This document shows, in pieces, positions 52,631-64,000 of a DNA stretch of 64,000 nt. The DNA is from the human T2T-CHM13v2.0 reference genome, Homo sapiens, in assembly GCF_009914755.1 (NCBI RefSeq), contig NC_060931.1; one strand, written 5' to 3'. The position numbers were made by a program, and so were the translations under genes. Position 1 is the first letter of the stretch. Each line of letters starts with the position of its first letter. The notes below the pieces were generated by a model, which did no database searches, was not told where the DNA came from, and saw only the letters and a list, made by a program, of their open reading frames with translations.

Positions 52631-53475
52631 GTAATCAGACTGGTTTTGTTAGAGAGTAATATACACAGAGGCACAAGGTGTGTCCATTTCATGAAAGGAG
52701 TCTGATGCTTGTAAACTAGCTCAAATTACCTACTGGATGACCAGAGATGCAAGGCTAGAGAAAGAGGAGCTCTATTGCATCAGGAGCTGAGGCAGGAGAG
52801 GATCCTAAGAGGAGAATGTGAGAGGCAGCTGAGAGAACCAGCCAACTGGCAAGAGGGAGTTATGCTTAATCTTTGTACCCTAAATTCCAATGATTCCAGG
52901 CCACTTTCTGGATTTATCTTGCATTTCAGGTCTCCTTCCTTTTGCAAACAATGTTCCCTGTGATTGGAATGCCTACTCCGGCTGGGTGGACCCACTGGAT
53001 GAATCTCTAGTCATCCTTTAAGATCTTGATCAAATATTATCACATTATTTGACTCTCTGGCGCAATAAGTTGTTCCATTTTCTGGCCCAGTTGTACTTTG
53101 TAAATGTCTCTTTTAACATCTCTGTGACTGTTTCATATTATTCAGATTTGTATATATTCCCCCAATAAGACTGGGAGTTTCATTTTTGTATCTTTGGCAT
53201 ATAGACAGTGACTGGCACATAGTGGGGCTTCAGTAATCATTTATTACATAGATATGATTAATAATCTGCATATCTTTATATGGGTTAGATCTTGAAATAT
53301 CCTCATAATATAACAAAGCAGTTGTGGGCTCTAAACATTATAGAACAAAGCAAAGAAGAAAAACCTTATGCAAGAGCAGTATTTCAACAGAATCCCTAGA
53401 AGTTTCAGATCTTCACAGTGGAAAATTACAGCACAGAATTGCCCAAAGATATGTTGGCAATTTCATTCCCTCTCT

Positions 53476-53779
<304 letters not shown>

Positions 53780-53884
53780 CTTTCCCTCTCTTTTTAAAAA
53801 TACATTTTCCAAATCCATTTTTTTGAGATTAGACTTATTCTATTTTTCTTTAAGGGATTAATGTTTGAAAAGTTAGTGAATTAA

Positions 53885-54221
<337 letters not shown>

Positions 54222-54250
54222 TCAAACTTAGTTGATTTACATTTTTCTCA

Positions 54251-54625
<375 letters not shown>

Positions 54626-55580
54626 CTATCAGTCATTGTGTTAAAACTATAGAAATTTGATAGAGTTCAAAATAACATTTAATATGCTGTCTTGTCAGGA
54701 CCATTCATATACTCCTCTTTCACTCCCACCTTCTGCCCTAGATCAAGAACAACCCCATTCACTCCTAATCAAATGACCAACCTGGCCTTTGGCCTTAATA
54801 GGAAGTAAAAGTGTCTCTTCCGGCATTGTATCAGTGGTATGTGCCGCACCTACCACACCTGCAGCATAGTCTTAGGATGAGGAAGAAGTTTGTGGGTAGC
54901 CCAGGTGGGTAGAAAGGAGATAGAGAGAGCCACATGTAAAGAACAGTTGCATCTGATGTCACCTGTTCCTGGCTGAACCTGAATTTTATCAAGACCATAA
55001 AGTCCTCTGAGCCCTAGCTGGTTCACAACATATTTTCAATCTAGGTTTTTTTTTTTTTTTTTTATCACTAAGTCCACAGAAATTTTTACAATCCTTGTCA
55101 GGTGGTAAATATTCTATTAAACCGTGTTTGTATGGAAATAACCTGATTTGGATATAGAAGAAACAGAATTGAATTAGTTGAGCAACAGGTTTGCTTGGTT
55201 CTCATGGTTACATTGCACAACCTGGGCAAGGCATCCCATGACATAAAAGATTGTTATAATTCAACCCGGAAATCCGGCCAGACCTCCCAGGTACTTACAA
55301 AAGCAGTTCAGCCTCCACAACATAGGAATGATTTATCTGATTTCATGACACATGGCCTCTTGGATCCTGTGACCATTTCTCAACTGGACAATATATTAAA
55401 TAAATTAGCACTTGCTTTTTGATAGTTTCATAAAGAAAATTTATTGGTTTTTTAAAAATAAAAACAGAATCCAAAATCATAACTTAAAATGAATGCATGC
55501 ACACAAAGTTGAAAACATAGAAATGATGCAACAAGTAACAGTACCATTTGTATGTTGTTTGAAAGAATAGCATATTTTAA

Positions 55581-56340
<760 letters not shown>

Positions 56341-56802
56341 AGTCAGGAAAGTAGCACATTTTAAAATGAGTCTAATAGTGTTACGTAGAAATAATATAAA
56401 ATTTACCAATTATGAGGTTATCCTTCGTTGGTTCTCAGTATTGGTTAGGGCTTAGTTATAGCAATGTTTCTGCTTTGACTTTTCACATTTAAAAATGTAC
56501 ACATTTTACAGAAATATAAGAAAAATAAATGCTTGTAGATACGGTACAGATTAATTGGAGATTCCGGGAAAAGCAACCAAAGTCTTCAAAGGACATATAA
56601 TCAGACCTATAAGAACAAATTTTAAAAACTGAGTTTCTGCTCTACTCTGCATTTCAGAACTGTTAGCATGAACTGTGATAAAACAGAAAGCTTTTCAGAT
56701 GAAGCTATGCAAATATTTATAGAATCAAAGATAATTTGGACTATAGTATCTAATAGTAATAATAGACATTATTGGCTTCATGAATATAATCTGCTAAACA
56801 CT

Positions 56803-57410
<608 letters not shown>

Positions 57411-58630
57411 CTGTGATTTCTTACAAAAGTGTTCTGTAGTTCTCCTTGTAGAGATCTTTCATCTCCTTGGACGTATTCCCAGGTATTTTATTCTTTTGTG
57501 GATATTGTAAATGGGATTGTATTCTTGAGTTGGCTCTAATTTTTAACATAATTGTTGTGTAGAAATGCTACTGATTTTTGTACATTTAATCTTGTATCCT
57601 GAAACTTTACTAAAGCCATTTTCCAGTTCCAGGAGTCTTTTAGCAGAGTCTTTAGAGTTTTCTAGGTATAGAATCATATCGTCTGCAAAGAGAGATAGTT
57701 TGACTTTTTCTTTTCCTATCTGAATGTCTTTCTTTCTTTCTCTTGCCTGACTGCTCTGGCTAGTATTTCCAGTACTATGTTGAATAGGAGTGGTGAGAGT
57801 GGGGATTCTCGGTGAGAGTGGGTATCCTTGTCTTGTTCTCAAGGGGAATGCTTCCAGTTTTTGCCTGTTTAGCATGACGTTGGCTGTGGGTTTCTCAGAG
57901 ATGGCTCATTACTTTAATGTATGTTCCTTTGATGCCTCTAGCCTGTTGAGGGTTTTTTAATCATGAAACGATGTTAGATTTTATCAAAAGCTTTTTCCAA
58001 GTCTAATGAGATGATTATACGGTTTTTGTTTTCAATTCTGTTTATGTGGTGAATCACATTTATTGATTTGCATATGTTGAGCTAACATTGCATCACAGGA
58101 ATGAAGCCTCCTTGATCATGGTGAGTTAACTTTTTGATGTGCTATTGGATTTGGTTTGCTCGTATTTTGTTGAGGGTTTTTGCGTCTGTATTCATTAGGA
58201 ATACTGGCCTGTCGTTGTCTTGTTTCCTTGCGTCTTTGCCAGGTTTGGTATCAGGGTGGTGCTGGCTTCATAGAATGTATTAGGAGGGAGTCCCTCCTCC
58301 TCAATTTTTTGGAATAGTTTCAGTAGAATTGATACCAGCCCTTCTTTGTACGTCTGGAGAATTCAGCTGTGAATCCATCTGGTCCTGGGCTTTTTTGATT
58401 GGTAGATTTTTTTATTACTGTTTCAATATTGGAATTCAATATTGGTCTGTTTGGGGTTTCAATTTCTTCCTGATTCAATCTTGGGAGTTTGTGCATTTCC
58501 AAGAATTTATCCATTTCTTCTAGGTTTTCTAGTTTACGTGTGTAGAGATGTGCACAGGAGTCTCTGAGGATCTTTTGTATTTCTTTGGAATCAGTTGTAA
58601 TGGCACCTTTGTCGTTTCTGATTGTGCTTA
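57411..58630 (-). mobile_element. L1 ORF2 internal fragment (RT region, L1PB/old L1PA-like), disabled
   Basis: [41 protein letters not shown] motifs in broken frames. Confidence 0.95.
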
Positions 58631-58929
58631 TTCTAAACTTATTTCTAAGCAGGGCTGAAAGGAGGCAATATTAGCCCCAACTACTAATATTATTCAGTAA
58701 AAAGCATTTTATTCCTTAATCAATAGGGGCTTACTCTAAAAAGTAAATACTTGGGGAGAAAAAGGTCTTTTTAAAATTATTCATAGTTAAATGGAAAATA
58801 TTTAATTAGATAATCACTTTTCTCCACACTTAATAGCTAATAGTAGTTGTTTTGCTGGGGAATGTGAGGAAGAGGGCTACAATAAATTGGGAGTACTAAA
58901 ATCTCCAGGAGTGGCCAGACTGAGCTGGG

Positions 58930-59330
58930 CATCAGAGGGGGATTACTGTCACTTAAAGGGCATGGTGGGCACATTACAATTTGTCCTGGTACTTCACATG
59001 GCAGTAGCCAATCCCTTGAGAGTTTGGTAAGGTTCCCTAGTAACTGAATTTTGTCTAGCTTGTCCCAGTGGCACAGCAAGCACAGCCAGGAGAAATGTGG
59101 TGGATTGTATATGGTAAACGCAAAGATGAACTTCCTGATTATAAGGATGAGAAACACTGGAACCAGCTCCTTAGAGAGAGGGAGTTTGTAGAATCTGTAT
59201 CCTGGAAGAAGTGGCTCTCTCACAGGAAAAAGTTCTTTGATAGAAGGTAGCTTTGTGGAGTGTGTACACTTAACTGGACATGACTGAAGATAGTAGGGGA
59301 GGATGAGCTTTGCTTTGAATGAGAAGCAAA
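58930..59330 (+). mobile_element. CR1/L3 3' remnant
   Basis: GAACTTCCTGA...AACACTGGAACCAGCTCC...GGAGTTTGTAGAATCT...CCTGGAAG resembles the CR1 3' end. Confidence 0.5.
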
Positions 59331-59340
59331 GGAGTTGCCC

Positions 59341-59643
59341 TTTTTTTTTTTTTTTTTTTTTTTGAGACAGAGTTTTGCTCTTGTTGCCCAGGCTGGAGTG
59401 CAATGGTGCGACCTAGGCTCACCGCAACTTCCGCCTCCTGGGTTCAAGTGATTCTCCTGTCTCAGCCTCCTGAGTAGCTGGGATTACAGGTGCCCGCCAC
59501 CATGCCCAGCTAATTTTGTATTTTTAGTAGAGACGGTTTCTCCATGTTGGTCAGGCTGGTCTCGAACTCCCGACCTCAGGTGATCTGCCCACCTCGGCCT
59601 CTCAAAGTGTTGGGATTACAGGCGTGAGCCACCGTGCCAGGCC
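59341..59643 (-). mobile_element. Alu, AluSp-like
   Basis: TTTCTCCATGTTGGTCAGG, CTCCCGACC; TSD AGGAGTTG. Confidence 0.95.
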
Positions 59644-60314
59644 AGGAGTTGTTAAAAATGAAATACCATGAGTAAAGTATTCATTTCTGTCCAAAGCAAA
59701 AAAAGACCCTATCACATTACAAATGATTTTTATTCTGCAAGAGATCTAGTAAACAGACCATCTAGAGAACCTTACAGTTCAGGCTTACAGATCTACTCAT
59801 ATTTCCTTTTAATGGGCAATTTCTTGTAATTGTTTTTGATAACAAAAGTACTTCCAACTGGAAACTGGTAAAGAACAGGCTAATTTGGGGGAACTGCATA
59901 CTCCTAAAATACACCTTTATGATTTCTCTAAACTCCCATGTTGCCCTCAACAGTTTATAAGCATATGACAGGAAAATAGGGGAACTATGAGGAATGTGGG
60001 TGGGGAGCCCAGTATAGCACAAACACCTGGATCTTGTTCACTTCATTCACTGATCATTAGCCCACTGCCAGCAACATCCTTCTGTCCAGATATTATCACA
60101 GCATCCTCTTCTTTACTTACTAAAATGTGAATACCTACAACACACTCAACAAAGAATTCAATTGAACTAATACTTTCACATCTTATCCTCATTTGAAAGC
60201 ACATTAATATTATTGTACTTCAGTTTCTACATATGTAAAATTGGTGTGCTGGAGGAGTTTGAACAAACTAGATGATCTATGAAGTCTCTTTCAATTCTAA
60301 GATTATAAGTTTCC

Positions 60315-60610
60315 TTTTTTTTATTATTTTTCAGACGGACTCTCACTCTGTCACCCAGGCTGGAGTGCAGTAGCACAATCTCGGCTCACTGCAACCTATG
60401 CCTCGCGGGTTCAAGCAGTTCTCTACCACAGCCTCCCGAATAGCTGGGATTACAAGTGCCCACCACCACGCGCGGCTAATTTTTGTGTTTTTAGTAGAGA
60501 CGGGGTTTCACCATCTTGGCCAGGCTGGTCTTGAACTCCTGACCTTGTGATCCACCCGCCTCGGCCTCCCAAAGTGCTGGGATTACAGGCGTGAGCCACC
60601 GCGCCTGGCC
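60315..60610 (-). mobile_element. Alu, AluSg-like
   Basis: Antisense dimer; TSD AAGATTATAAGTTTC. Confidence 0.95.
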
Positions 60611-60842
60611 AAGATTATAAGTTTCTGTAGTCTTTCCAGGCTGACAGTGCTGCTTTTGGACTATGGAGTTAGAACTGGCTCTGCCACTTTCTTAGTGAGC
60701 GACTTTGGGGAGGTTGCCTAATCCCCTTTGGAAACAGTTTCCTCATGTCATTGCTACCATTATCACGCCCACTTGGTGCACTTTGTTGGCCAAGTTACTT
60801 AACTTGAGATGCTGTGGATGGGATTAAGAATGCACAAAGGTT

Positions 60843-64000
<3,158 letters not shown>

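Noticed and set aside
57543-58514. Active reverse transcriptase ORF
   Set aside because: Internal L1 ORF2 fragment in broken frames, lacking both ends
58837-59403. Longest ORF (188 aa)
   Set aside because: Begins in an Alu tail and continues antisense through a CR1-like remnant; no coding features

Overview
Primate (human-like) non-coding, repeat-dense genomic DNA. It carries about 50 Alu elements or fragments (J, S and Y types), L1, L2, MIR and CR1 remnants, MaLR and MER41 LTRs, and DNA-transposon fossils (MER5, hAT/Charlie, MARNA, a nearly full-length Tigger4/Zombi). I can support no intact protein-coding gene: almost every ORF in the track is Alu, L1 or Tigger translation, or chance. The main non-repeat feature is a disabled processed pseudogene of GCNT1 (core-2 GlcNAc transferase), 34134-36450. 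Its 5'UTR and start codon are inverted on the - strand, and its 3' CDS half plus 3'UTR lie on the + strand, a twin-priming-like structure. An Alu-like monomer at 19899-20028 carries BC200 (BCYRN1) diagnostic bases and looks like a BC200 retrocopy. Other observations are nested Alu/L1 insertions, several deletion scars, short triplication and hairpin clusters, and candidate regulatory motifs (CTCF, ETS/RUNX, EICE/NF-kB, G4/GC box). I found no evidence for a new multi-component biological system. Repeat subfamily calls and the GCNT1, BC200 and MER41 comparisons rely on remembered consensus sequences, not on a run search. Repeat boundaries are approximate unless a TSD is quoted.
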